Shown here: positions 51,701-60,290 of the stretch, piece after piece
How the letters are laid out: each line of letters starts with the position of its first letter
How positions within the stretch are numbered: the first letter of the stretch is position 1
Origin: Phoronis australis
Lineage: Eukaryota > Animalia > Phoronida
DNA: 64,000 bases
Assembly (NCBI GenBank): GCA_002633005.1
Contig: NMRA01000358.1
Location: 124,001-188,000 of the forward strand
Direction of reading: 5' to 3'
The notes under the pieces: generated by a model
The model's database searches: none
What the model saw: only the letters and a program-made list of their open reading frames with translations
What the model was told of the DNA's origin: nothing
Position numbers and translations under genes: made by a program

Positions 51701-52594
51701 ATAATGACTCGTTTTAAGTTATCGCCATCTCCTGCTAAAAACTTTCAGTTGGTTAGACAGGTCACCCGTAAGACAGTCTAACTGCTGCCTCGCAGCGTTG
51801 CTGGCAGGCAGGTTATGTCCTCATAACGTACTGTGTGTTTCTGCTTTAACCTCCATCACACTGACTGTAATGGAGTTTATTCTTCAATTTTCTTGACGTA
51901 TGGTTATTTGAGTGCATAAGTAGTTAATTGTTTAAACTGGAAGGATTTAAAAGTCCCATCTCAGTCCAACTGCCCCCAAAGGTGTCCATCTTAACTCAAA
52001 AGGTTCCAGTAAACAAAGTAATAACACTTGATAGTTTAGCCTAGGCCCTAGGCTAGCTGGGTGTGCGAATGCCGAAAATGAATGATGGATAAGGATGTGT
52101 CAGCGTCTATCGGTTGGCCAGTTACACATTAGGCTCCAGATAAGGACCACCATTCCTGCCCTACATAAACTAGTATTTATGAGCAGAAGTTAGTGAACCA
52201 ACTAGCTACTAGTCGCCAGTTGGTAAACCAATCCTAAAGTAAACAGAGCTTCGCTAGCCGGTCACGGCGCCAAGCCACAGCAACTAAGTATGTATGAACT
52301 GACCAAAAGTTCGAACAAACACTCACCTTGTGAGTCTCCACCACTGGTAAATACAGCAATACTTCTACCCTTGTAAGAGTCCCTAACTACCGTCTTCCCT
52401 TCGTTTCCTGGACGAACATCGCCGCCAATACTCGCCATGCGATCAATTCGAAACCGGCGAACTTTAGGACTTGCACATAGACCTGCTGAGCCTGAGCCAG
52501 AGCCAGCAGAATTGCTCGTGTTCGAACCACGATCGTAACTGCCTCCTGACAAAGCTCGTCGCCGTGTTGGGCTTATTGGACTCGACCAATCCAT
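18645..52594 (-). CDS. PFK: ATP-dependent 6-phosphofructokinase (eukaryotic two-domain PFK1), complete gene, 18 coding exons, about 855 aa. complement join(52594-52327,43668-43595,42746-42479,38672-38507,38027-37983,36438-36330,36091-35903,35748-35558,34504-34414,28786-28640,27433-27272,26423-26271,25740-25576,22703-22639,21446-21335,20806-20704,20309-20204,18798-18645)
   Basis: Diagnostic motifs [120 protein letters not shown]. All introns are GT-AG and phase-consistent (2568 nt). Confidence 0.97.
19255..20140. repeat. Direct duplication of about 440 bp joined at a single N (19693); probable haplotype or assembly overlap
   Basis: 19255-19692 is repeated near-identically at 19694-20140. Confidence 0.85.
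20204..20309 (-). CDS. PFK: PFK exon 17
   Basis: DTATVLG..LKKETDF. Confidence 0.92.
20300..20430 (-). repeat. Minisatellite seeded by the PFK exon 17 acceptor
   Basis: ctacctgtaa(a/c)acag unit repeated about 5 times starting at the junction. Confidence 0.75.
20550..20732 (-). repeat. 31-bp minisatellite seeded by the PFK exon 16 donor
   Basis: cttaccatcagg...gtcataaca units with a 31-nt period. Confidence 0.8.
20704..20806 (-). CDS. PFK: PFK exon 16
   Basis: [16 protein letters not shown]. Confidence 0.93.
21335..21446 (-). CDS. PFK: PFK exon 15
   Basis: [21 protein letters not shown]. Confidence 0.95.
21608..21968. repeat. 41-bp minisatellite, about 9 copies
   Basis: atgacatgcagctcagcacatctcactgactgcattgacct unit. 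Confidence 0.9.
22639..22703 (-). CDS. PFK: PFK exon 14
   Basis: [22 protein letters not shown], tttcAG acceptor, AG|GTAAGA donor. Confidence 0.88.
23120..24845. mobile_element. HINE/Pearl-like non-autonomous Helentron-type element with about 3 internal repeats of ~450 bp
   Basis: ACAAGAG end with a small hairpin (caacgc-agag-gcgttg); subterminal inverted repeat ATGCGCCCAC / GTGGGCGCAT; internal repeats (ttgccactagggggcac at a ~450-bp period); cgga microsatellite; terminal palindrome atgcgtccacat..atgtgggcgcat; A-rich flanks. Confidence 0.8.
25576..25740 (-). CDS. PFK: PFK exon 13
   Basis: [29 protein letters not shown]. Confidence 0.95.
26271..26423 (-). CDS. PFK: PFK exon 12
   Basis: [25 protein letters not shown]. 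Confidence 0.95.
27272..27433 (-). CDS. PFK: PFK exon 11
   Basis: [25 protein letters not shown]. Confidence 0.95.
27590..28662 (-). repeat. 1-kb minisatellite (24-26 bp unit) seeded by the PFK exon 10 donor
   Basis: Unit gtcaacacagaccttgccctctgcca resembles the junction cgcacataccttgccctctgccag. Confidence 0.9.
28640..28786 (-). CDS. PFK: PFK exon 10
   Basis: [20 protein letters not shown]. Confidence 0.93.
30601..31110. repeat. About 57-bp minisatellite, 9 copies
   Basis: tgactgtttgtgaccacgatgtagtagagtgcagtggtgtcaagttgcaagtatta unit. Confidence 0.92.
32300..33443. mobile_element. Second HINE/Pearl-like element, same family as 23120-24845 (contains an N at 32699)
   Basis: Same acaagagcaacgc..gaaatgcgtccac start, same core repeat and same atgtgggcgcataaaaa end. 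Confidence 0.8.
34075..34385. repeat. Degenerate minisatellite near the PFK exon 9 donor
   Basis: gctactatctggctccactacacactagatatcaacaaa-like units. Confidence 0.65.
34414..34504 (-). CDS. PFK: PFK exon 9 (interdomain linker)
   Basis: [17 protein letters not shown]|GTGAGT. Confidence 0.88.
34755..35535. repeat. About 37-bp minisatellite, about 20 copies, in PFK intron 8
   Basis: gactcagtgagacagtgagtcaaaggtcacagtacaa unit. Confidence 0.9.
35558..35748 (-). CDS. PFK: PFK exon 8
   Basis: [16 protein letters not shown]. Confidence 0.95.
35903..36091 (-). CDS. PFK: PFK exon 7
   Basis: [29 protein letters not shown]. Confidence 0.95.
36330..36438 (-). CDS. PFK: PFK exon 6
   Basis: [19 protein letters not shown]. 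Confidence 0.95.
36420..36790 (-). repeat. About 60-bp minisatellite seeded by the PFK exon 6 acceptor
   Basis: cacaagggccaggtacct..atgag..gtgttaacactgcaggtca units, about 6 copies. Confidence 0.8.
37983..38027 (-). CDS. PFK: PFK exon 5
   Basis: [16 protein letters not shown]. Confidence 0.95.
38295..38545 (-). repeat. About 67-bp minisatellite seeded by the PFK exon 4 donor
   Basis: acctggtggcagtgactgagatggc repeated 4 times. Confidence 0.8.
38507..38672 (-). CDS. PFK: PFK exon 4
   Basis: [18 protein letters not shown]. Confidence 0.95.
40569..40630. mobile_element. Terminal fragment of a HINE/Pearl-like element
   Basis: cggacggacggacagagatgacggcataatgcgtccacat..atgtgggcgcataaaaa. Confidence 0.75.
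41171..41518. mobile_element. Interspersed repeat fragment, reverse-complement homolog of about 59815-60165
   Basis: gtaataataacatacacatgacgaacgtagaagtccgaaatcagt.. matches the - strand of 60120-60165; absent from the duplicate copy at 40238. Confidence 0.75.
41720..42475. repeat. Purine-rich (A/G) minisatellite abutting the PFK exon 3 donor
   Basis: gagatagagacagtgtgaagagtgagagaagacagaggaagaggctta-like units. Confidence 0.85.
42479..42746 (-). CDS. PFK: PFK exon 3
   Basis: [18 protein letters not shown].. Confidence 0.95.
43325..43637 (-). repeat. About 45-bp tandem copies of the PFK exon 2 3' end plus donor
   Basis: Copies translate as [16 protein letters not shown] variants. Confidence 0.9.
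43595..43668 (-). CDS. PFK: PFK exon 2
   Basis: [24 protein letters not shown]|GTAAGT. Confidence 0.95.
44085..44520. mobile_element. Foldback/MITE-like element with long imperfect terminal inverted repeats
   Basis: cagacttcaaaacca (44133-44147) versus tggttttgaagtctg (44484-44498); further inverted blocks cacccaaaaactggttggcc / ctagccaattagttttttgggtg and aatcaacaattggt / accaatagttgatt. Confidence 0.65.
45140..45213. mobile_element. End of a Tc1/mariner(pogo)-like MITE inserted at TA
   Basis: Ends ..cgaacgattacgg|TA (reverse TA|CCGTAATCGTTCGG); the duplicate copy at about 47952 has the empty TA site. Confidence 0.55.
45214..49637. repeat. Duplication of about 1.7 kb (45214-46947 versus 47952-49637), probably two haplotypes
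   Basis: Collinear, highly similar copies with scattered SNPs and indels; the first copy is bounded by Ns at 45139 and 46948. Confidence 0.85.
50250..50800 (-). mobile_element. Decayed Penelope-like element 3' end (frameshifted GIY-YIG endonuclease plus pLTR hammerhead-like motif)
   Basis: Mixed - frames give [68 protein letters not shown], collinear with PLE GIY-YIG C-termini. This is followed by a pyrimidine tract and CCTGATGAAGGGCC..GGCTCCAAAGCTAG. Confidence 0.6.
52327..52594 (-). CDS. PFK: PFK exon 1 (long Ser/Gly/Arg-rich N-terminal extension)
   Basis: ATG preceded by an in-frame TAA; ends [12 protein letters not shown]|GTGAGT. Confidence 0.9.
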
Positions 52595-52994
52595 TCTCAC
52601 ACTCAATTATGAATTCACCGCAAGATTGTGCGCACCAGCTACAAATAAGAAAGACTTTTCAGGTGACCAAGGTCATGCCCAATGTCATACCCAAGCGTGA
52701 ATTATTATTGTAGTTGACCCCAAGGTCATTTCCTGCTTCCGCCGTGAAAGCTCGAGAAGTGTGATTCGCCTTCCTTAAAATTGTTGCGCGCAATAGTCCT
52801 TTTCTGTGCACTTAGTCACTTATTTGTTATAGAAATGAAAACTTTTAACACATTTTATGCATAAAATATTAATTTTGAAAACAATGACTTAAAAAAGAAA
52901 CTGTAATACCTTGATAAACATGATCAATTTTCACATACCATGGCATTGAATATAGTCCCGTCCTTTTTAGCGATTGTGGTGTTTGAGATTGGCC
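52595..52994. promoter_or_regulatory. Divergent PFK / RPL19 promoter region with two CCAAGGTCA nuclear-receptor elements and a TCT/5'TOP initiator
   Basis: The two ATGs are 400 bp apart head-to-head; CCAAGGTCA at 52667-52675 and 52720-52728; TCCTTTTT at 52961-52968, 27 nt before the RPL19 ATG. Confidence 0.65.
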
Positions 52995-55900
52995 ATGAGG
53001 TAAAATTCGTGCAGATTAATCGAGGAATTTACCGCCCAATGATCAATTTAAATAAACCAATTATATGCGATAACTAAACTAGCAATTTCTTATTCCTAAC
53101 ATGTTATATGCGGTCCATCGAATGTGTTTAACCGACACAACAGTAACGAAGTAGGTAATGGCAAATGAATGTCTGTCCGAAGATGGCGGACTGTACGCAC
53201 TCTCGGCACTCAGGTAGCTCGGGGACCCTAACTTGTTCCAAATAAACCCACTAAATATGGGTCTAAATGAATGATTTTGATATCGTTGCATTCCTCAGAC
53301 ATACATATCCACCTCACGACCCTCAATTACTCCGTTCTAATCCGAACTCGGTCCACTTAGCCACGTGCATTGTGAAATCAGCAGCCATTTCAGGGAACTT
53401 GCTATACCTAGCGCCATCTATCGGCGATCTGCTACAACACACGCTGTTCCTTTTTCATTAGTCAACGTCATTGGTCGATTTCGTCAATTATTAACGACAT
53501 CGTATGCGTCTCATAGATGACCATGACATAAGATGGCAAAAGAAACGACGAAGGTGATGACGAGAGCAGACATAACGAGGATTAATAACGATGACGTGTG
53601 CCGGTAGCTCGTTCATTCGTTGGTCCACCAACATTGCCCTAGGCAGCGTTGGTAATCATGGGTAACTTACCAAACAAGAATAATCGCCGGGAGTTATGCT
53701 GTTTAAATACTCAACAATTAGTTTTCCATGAAACGAATAGCCTCGAAATAATTCCCTACTTCCTCCGTGCGGGTTTCCATCGGGTAATGGCGAGTTTGCT
53801 CCTCAATACCTTCCAAGTACGGGAAAAAATAGGTCAGCCACAAAATGACGCATGTCACGGGTGTTAATGGTTCTTTCGGAGGTATGAAACAAAGCCGGGA
53901 TTCGGTTTTTACATATTGAGAAAAGACGTTTTTTGAAAACTGAATTTGTTGTGTAAAATGAGAGTGAGACACCGTATAGTCTGCATGTCAATTTTAAACC
54001 ACGCGCGGTCGTTTGCAGTGCGCTATGATGGACGCTAGCCTGAATTGCGGGCGCTCAATTGAAAATTCTCAAAGTTGAGGGGGAACGCTTAGTAGATCAG
54101 TGAGCGCTTATTGTAAAACACTTCAAAAATAAGGAGTAGGCTTGTTCGTGAGCATGGTCGTTAACATGGGTGTTGGCGGTAATAAGATATTAAAAGACTG
54201 CAATGGTAAGAAACGTAATAATACTATTTTGCGAGGCAAACTCCATCTAGTAGGGGTGAATTTCTGGATATGGTTTCCACCTACACTGTACCCTTTTAGC
54301 CAACCGGAATAATTTTGTTTTTTAATTGCCCGATTCGGCCAGAACAAGATCATAGTTGCTATTGGTGTCTGAACATTTTACGGCGACGGCGGTCCGGGGA
54401 ACGAAAAGTTCGCTAACCACAGTGTCGCATCTAGTACCCGTTTAGTTGCAACAACCTGGCTTCGTGCATAGAATATAGGGGTTAGGGAACAATGACCTTG
54501 GGGAAACATCGCAACAGGAAAATACCAGTTCTGGGTTATATCGGTCCCGGGGCATATCATAAAATCGGGGTTTTTTTGTAACCGCCGGTAATCTATGAGT
54601 TCATTTTTAAATAAACCACTGGCACCCGGATACTTAACAGAGCCAAGCCTTTATACTCTTTCATTTAGGACTGTTGCTGTTCTCTTTTGATGTGGAGCTT
54701 TGAAGAGTGGTGCGCATGCGTGAGTTCACGCACTTGAATTGCTGGAGTTGACCTACACGTTACGCTGACTACCATGTCGAAAGGCAAATTATATTTGGCG
54801 AACGTAGCCCCAGAAACAAGTAAAGGGGTTTGAGAATTTCTTGGCAACTGAAAATAAAGATGTGGTCGTCGTTTAGCGATTAAGAGGGTTGTCATTTTCA
54901 CTTTGGCTGTCTCATGCGATAAAAACGAGACATACATCCCTATGTCACGATTGTCTGCCGGGACCGCTTGCGCGCTGACAACGGGACGGATCTACCAGTG
55001 CCGCAGTGCGATATCGGGTTATTGTCGTGAATATTTGCTACATGTAATAAGGACATCTTACGCAAAAAATAAACATATTTGTCCACCACAAAGTTTGGTA
55101 AATTGGTCGCTTAAGATTTAGAAGAAGCACCATACACTCTGCAATTTTGAATGCAAAACTTGTGAAATACCTTTTGATGGGTTTGGTAAACACTGAATTT
55201 AAGTAAAAAATGATACAAAGAGCTGAAAATGAAAATTTTGTCAATTTTATTTCTGATATGACCAGGAACCAACATGACAAACTAACAAAATGAAGTTCTT
55301 TTCCAAATTTTCTTGTCGAAGTAATTTTCGAACATAATACTGTGTATTATTACAGACTATGGCATTGCGTTTAGTGACAGTTTCATTTAAGAATGCTTAT
55401 TAACGTCTTCCCAGTAAATGGAGTAAGATGGGTGCCAAATTTGCTGTTTTCTTAATTTAGAGTCTTAGTCTTCCAGACTAACCCATTTATAGGAAAGTTA
55501 GGTCAAACTCCAGCCCTGGGTCATTGAGCTTTCGAATGATGTTTTTTGTTTTGACTAAAATGCGACAAAATTTGATTTCCAAATGAAAGCACTTGCATTA
55601 AATCAAATGGCCAGCTTCGTACTGCCTGGATAAGGGTACTCTTTGTATTAGAATTTATACATGGTCTCCAGTGTACCTGACTATCAGTTCAGTTATTGTG
55701 TGATGATGATGTCATCAATGTTTATTTTCAGTACTCTGCGCCTACAGAAGCGTCTGGCTGCTGCTGTCCTTAAATGTGGCAAAAACAAAGTGTGGCTTGA
55801 TCCCAACGAAACTAACGAGATCGCTAACGCCAACTCACGGCAGAATGTGCGTAAACTCATCAAGGATGGTCTGATCATCAGGAAACCAGTTGCAGTGCAT

Positions 55901-57625
55901 TCACGCGCTCGTGTACGTAAGAATGCCATTGCTCGTCGTAAGGGCCGTCACACTGGAACAGGAAAGAGGAAGGGTACTGCCAATGCTAGGATGCCTGTCA
56001 AAATAGTCTGGATTCGTCGTATGAGGGTTCTGAGGCGACTGCTGAAGAAGTACAGGGACAACAAGAAAATCGACAGGCACATGTAAGTAGTGGAGCTGAG
56101 GTAAATCTGAAAATGCCATAAAATCACACCCGTGTCAGACAAAATAATTGCCAAAATTGCTCTTTTTTTCAATTTTCGAGGCGTCCTTATGTTGTGAATG
56201 TCTCACAAAATATTGTCTGTTGGTAGCTATGATACAAAGCTTGAACATGGAAGAGTGTTAATTTGGTCCTAAATGTATAACTTTTATGGGGAAAATGATG
56301 TAAGATTTCACTTGTCTTCTATATTGTGAGATTTTACGGTAACGGTGTTAACATACTTGTGTGATACAAACAACAAACTTGAATTGTTGTTGAAGTGCGA
56401 GCACACTTTGGCTATTGAGTCAAAGTCTGTGTTCAGGTCGGCGAAAAAAAAATGCACGTTTCACTCATAGTTGGAATTTAAAGACTTGACATACAAACTT
56501 TCCATAGTAAATATACGCAGACTTTCAAACATGTTCTCAAAATTTATTATTCCCATTAAATTTGAAATGTCTGGTCTTATGTAGACAAGAATGTAGCAGT
56601 CACCACCATCACAACTGTGTCCTTGCTCGTTTGCCATAATTTCTGTATTGTATTTTAAGTCTTCTGAAACTCACAATTCATATTCCGCTAACCAGTTTGA
56701 TTCAACAAATGTAAACCTGATATCATTTATGCTCATTTCTTTTTATTGTGTCCTTAGAACAATTCACGAATATGGTCAACTAGATGCGTAAAATGCTAGA
56801 AGATTTGCCTCCCCCTCTTTCTGCTGTGATGTCACGCCTGGAATGGTTTGACCCCATTTTTGAAATGGCTGATGAGTTCTTGTTGTGAGGCAACTTTAGT
56901 TGAATTTTCCACATTCTTTGCTCACAGGAAAGTGTTCAGTATCTTGCAGAAAGTAAAAAAAAATCAATGGGTCAATGATTGTTGTGTGAAATAAATTCAG
57001 GTTTGTTAAGTGTTTCACCTTGTTCATGTACTCTGAGAATGAACTACTGTCTTTTGCAGGTACCACTCACTCTACATGAGGTGCAAGGGTAATGTGTTCA
57101 AAAACAAGCGGGTCTTGATGGAGTATATCCACAAGAAGAAGGCTGAGAAACAACGTGCTAAGCTGCTCAGGTAAGATTACCTAGAAGTGATGAAACGTTA
57201 TTGTTCAGTTTGATTGTAAGCACATTGCCAGGTTGCCTAGAAATGATGAAAAGTTGGTTTCAAGTTGACATTGAACACACAGTTTTCGTGGAATAATGGT
57301 TTAATCTTGTTTCAAATGTACAAAATGACAGTGCTGATTTTGGCGATTCAAATTTCTAAGATCAAAATAGAATTTACTTCCATTATTGGCGTTTTGAGAA
57401 AGACCAGCAAGTAATAGCTATCAACGCCAATTCTGGAGCATGTTGCCTGCCAATGCAATGTCAGTATGTCATTACTCTACACACTCATTGTGTTACAGTG
57501 ACCAAGCTGAAGCCAGAAGGAATAAGGTGAAAGAAGCACGTAAACGCCGTGATGAGCGCATTGCTACAAAGAAAGAAGAAATTCTCAAAACCTATGCTAA
57601 GGAAGATGAAGCCGCCAAGAAATAA
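52995..57625 (+). CDS. RPL19: 60S ribosomal protein L19 (eL19), join(52995-52999,55732-56082,57060-57170,57499-57625), 197 aa
   Basis: [86 protein letters not shown]; the ATG AG|GTAAAA first exon supplies the required phase 2. Confidence 0.95.
55732..56082 (+). CDS. RPL19: RPL19 exon 2
   Basis: ttttcAG acceptor, AT|GTAAGT donor. Confidence 0.97.
57060..57170 (+). CDS. RPL19: RPL19 exon 3
   Basis: tttgcAG acceptor, AG|GTAAGA donor. Confidence 0.97.
57233..57346 (+). ncRNA. Possible intronic box C/D snoRNA
   Basis: ATGATGA at 57243-57249, CTGA at 57334-57337, terminal stem ttgcctaga/ttttggcga, ribosomal-protein host intron; no guide target recognised. Confidence 0.2.
57499..57625 (+). CDS. 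RPL19: RPL19 exon 4; the stop codon TAA overlaps AATAAA (57621-57626)
   Basis: ttacAG acceptor; [21 protein letters not shown]. Confidence 0.95.
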
Positions 57626-59280
57626 ATTATTTCTACTTTCTTGTACATTGCAAAACAAAAAATATAAAATGTGACTTATAGTCATGTTGGTCTTTATTTT
57701 TAATGTCATTTTAAGAGTGTGCAAATTGTGTGCATTTCTCAGATCTGTGTAAGCGTACATGACACATCCTCTTCATAAGGAAATTGACTTTTAATGATGC
57801 AAGTACTCGTTGATTAAAAATACTTGTCACAACTTGGGTCTCCCATTTGTTTCTGCAACTAATGTTATTTAGTCTCTATGATGAGTATATACTTGAAATG
57901 GAAGAAGACTTTGTTCATGAGTCAAAGTTAACGTTGCATCCCCTTCATTAAAAATTGAATTGAAAATTAGCTGATGCAATTATGGGATGGGTTATCAGTC
58001 GGCTTGCATTTTCATTCACAGGAAAGTTAGGTAACCGCCTAAAAGGCACTTCTATCAATATTCACTGCCATCTGATGAGTGTTTGAAAAATGACTTCTGT
58101 GAGGATTGCTCACTTTCGATTTCTACTGTCTCCACCAATCATTAGTGATATCTTCAAAATGCACTTGCAACACCTCAAGTGTTTGTGTCCTCTACACTTT
58201 GGGTATTTTTGTAGCCTCAAATTATCTCGGAACAGGAAGTTGTGACAGTCAAATTGGGGAATGTCCGTGAATGCGCTGGCATACTCCTGAGATAACTGGC
58301 TGAAATGTGAAAAAGGGTCACAAAACGGACCACAGATTGAGAATGACTTCTGTATTGAGACATGCATAACAGATGAACATTATTTTTAACTCGTCCAAAG
58401 CTCTTTACTGCTCTGATGGAAGTTAACACATGTGGAGGTATGAAACACCTCCAAGGTATAATTCGAGGCTATGAAAATACCCAAGGTGATCTGTACTATT
58501 AATCCTGTGTGCCACATATGCACGTGTGGGAACTTCCAGTTGCCATTTTCCCTTTTATTTGCTATGGGCTGCGATTGTTTATCGTGTTTTTCGCAAATTG
58601 TAGGTGAATATTTTAATTGCAACAGTTTTCGAAAGCTGGTGCTACTAATTGATAAGAGAAAAACTTAGCTACGTACTCATATTTTGAAAACTATATTCCT
58701 GTGAAGATTTATTCTTTTAGTGAATTTACCTTAGGGCTGTTCCAGCAAAATCTGTATGGGAAGGGGGGAAGGCACTTTTATTTTGTACCCACTGCCCATA
58801 TTTTTCATTTATTTCTCCAACCCATGACCCATAATTTTTTAGTTATTTTTAATAGGTTAAAATATAAAATCCAACACTTGCAAACAAACTGCTTCCAGGA
58901 GGACCTGTTAAGAACTTAGATGATTGACAGACAAGAACTAGTTGTCTTGTCCAATATTGTCAAAAACTAAAGTAGCCTGTGAGCAATACTTTTGGCAGCC
59001 ACCAGGTGTCTCTGTTCACCATGTGTCTATAATTTCAATGAACATTTTTTTCAATTATAAGGATCTATGAATCTCAAACTGTCTCCACGATATCTTTTAT
59101 ACTACTATGTTAAGTGAATATTGGAACTTGTTTATCTTACTCCTCATAATTTTAATTTAAAAATCATCAATTTTCTTATATGTGTTAACACCAGTTTAGT
59201 GTTGCATAACTTTTCAATTCAATAGGACTGCAGACTAACAGTTGGCTCAAATCAAGTTGCCCATGACTTGATTAATGGCT

Positions 59281-59520
59281 NNNNNNNNNNNNNNNNNNNN
59301 NNNNNNNNNNNNNNNNNNNNNNNNNNNNNNNNNNNNNNNNNNNNNNNNNNNNNNNNNNNNNNNNNNNNNNNNNNNNNNNNNNNNNNNNNNNNNNNNNNNN
59401 NNNNNNNNNNNNNNNNNNNNNNNNNNNNNNNNNNNNNNNNNNNNNNNNNNNNNNNNNNNNNNNNNNNNNNNNNNNNNNNNNNNNNNNNNNNNNNNNNNNN
59501 NNNNNNNNNNNNNNNNNNNN
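59281..59520. other. Assembly gap
   Basis: Run of N. Confidence 0.99.
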
Positions 59521-60290
59521 CCAAAAAACCGGAAGTTGCTTTCAAGATGGCGGATCTGGCGCATGTTGACCCATTTTCAGTCGTGCTGGAGTGCGATTTT
59601 AAACGGGAAGAGAAAAAGACGTGATTTTTTGCATGTGGATTCTTTGAAGTATATTCTTTCAAATGGCCTGTAACAATTTTTTTCTCAGACTTACCGTTTC
59701 CGAGTTATTTGACTTTGAATTTCTTAAAAAAAACGCAAAATTTCATTTTTTTCGAACAATTTTTGGAATTAAACGATAGCATCAGTTTAGATAGAATTTT
59801 GAACGGGCTTTCAGAAGATGTTTTCCATTTTTCGCTAGGACGTCTACTTTTTGAGTTCTTTGAGATTTTCTGATAACGCTGTTCCTTTGTTGAGCGCTCT
59901 GGCTGCATTGATGTTGGTTTACCTTCTATGAACTAGACTGTAGCCCATTTCTTATTGATTTATGACATTTAAGTTCATCATATGAATGTTGAGATGTTGT
60001 TCATCATCGCCACCACCATCATCAAATTCGTCCTCATCGTCATCATCTTCGTCATCATCTCCGTCGTTCTCTTTTCCGTTAATTTCGCCAAGTGTAGCTC
60101 AAGACTGTAGCCTTTTTCTTACTGATTTCGGACTTCTACGTTCGTCATGTGTATGTTATTATTACTTCTTTTGTTCATCCTCGCCGCCATCGTCGTCATA
60201 TTCGTCATCATCTTTGTGGTCATCTTTTTGGTTAATTTCGCCAAGGTTCGCTCCTCTGAGCGCTTTCATTTGTGTTTTCTTCTGAAGACC
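59521..60290. mobile_element. Interspersed repeat (probable non-autonomous DNA element) with a (TCA/TCG)n tract, next to a gap
   Basis: Homologous pieces in inverted orientation at 41171-41518 and 45030-45138. Confidence 0.65.

Noticed and set aside
55661-55731. N-terminal extension of RPL19 in the ORF track
   Set aside because: It is intronic sequence upstream of the acceptor at 55731; the real start is the ATG-AG mini exon.
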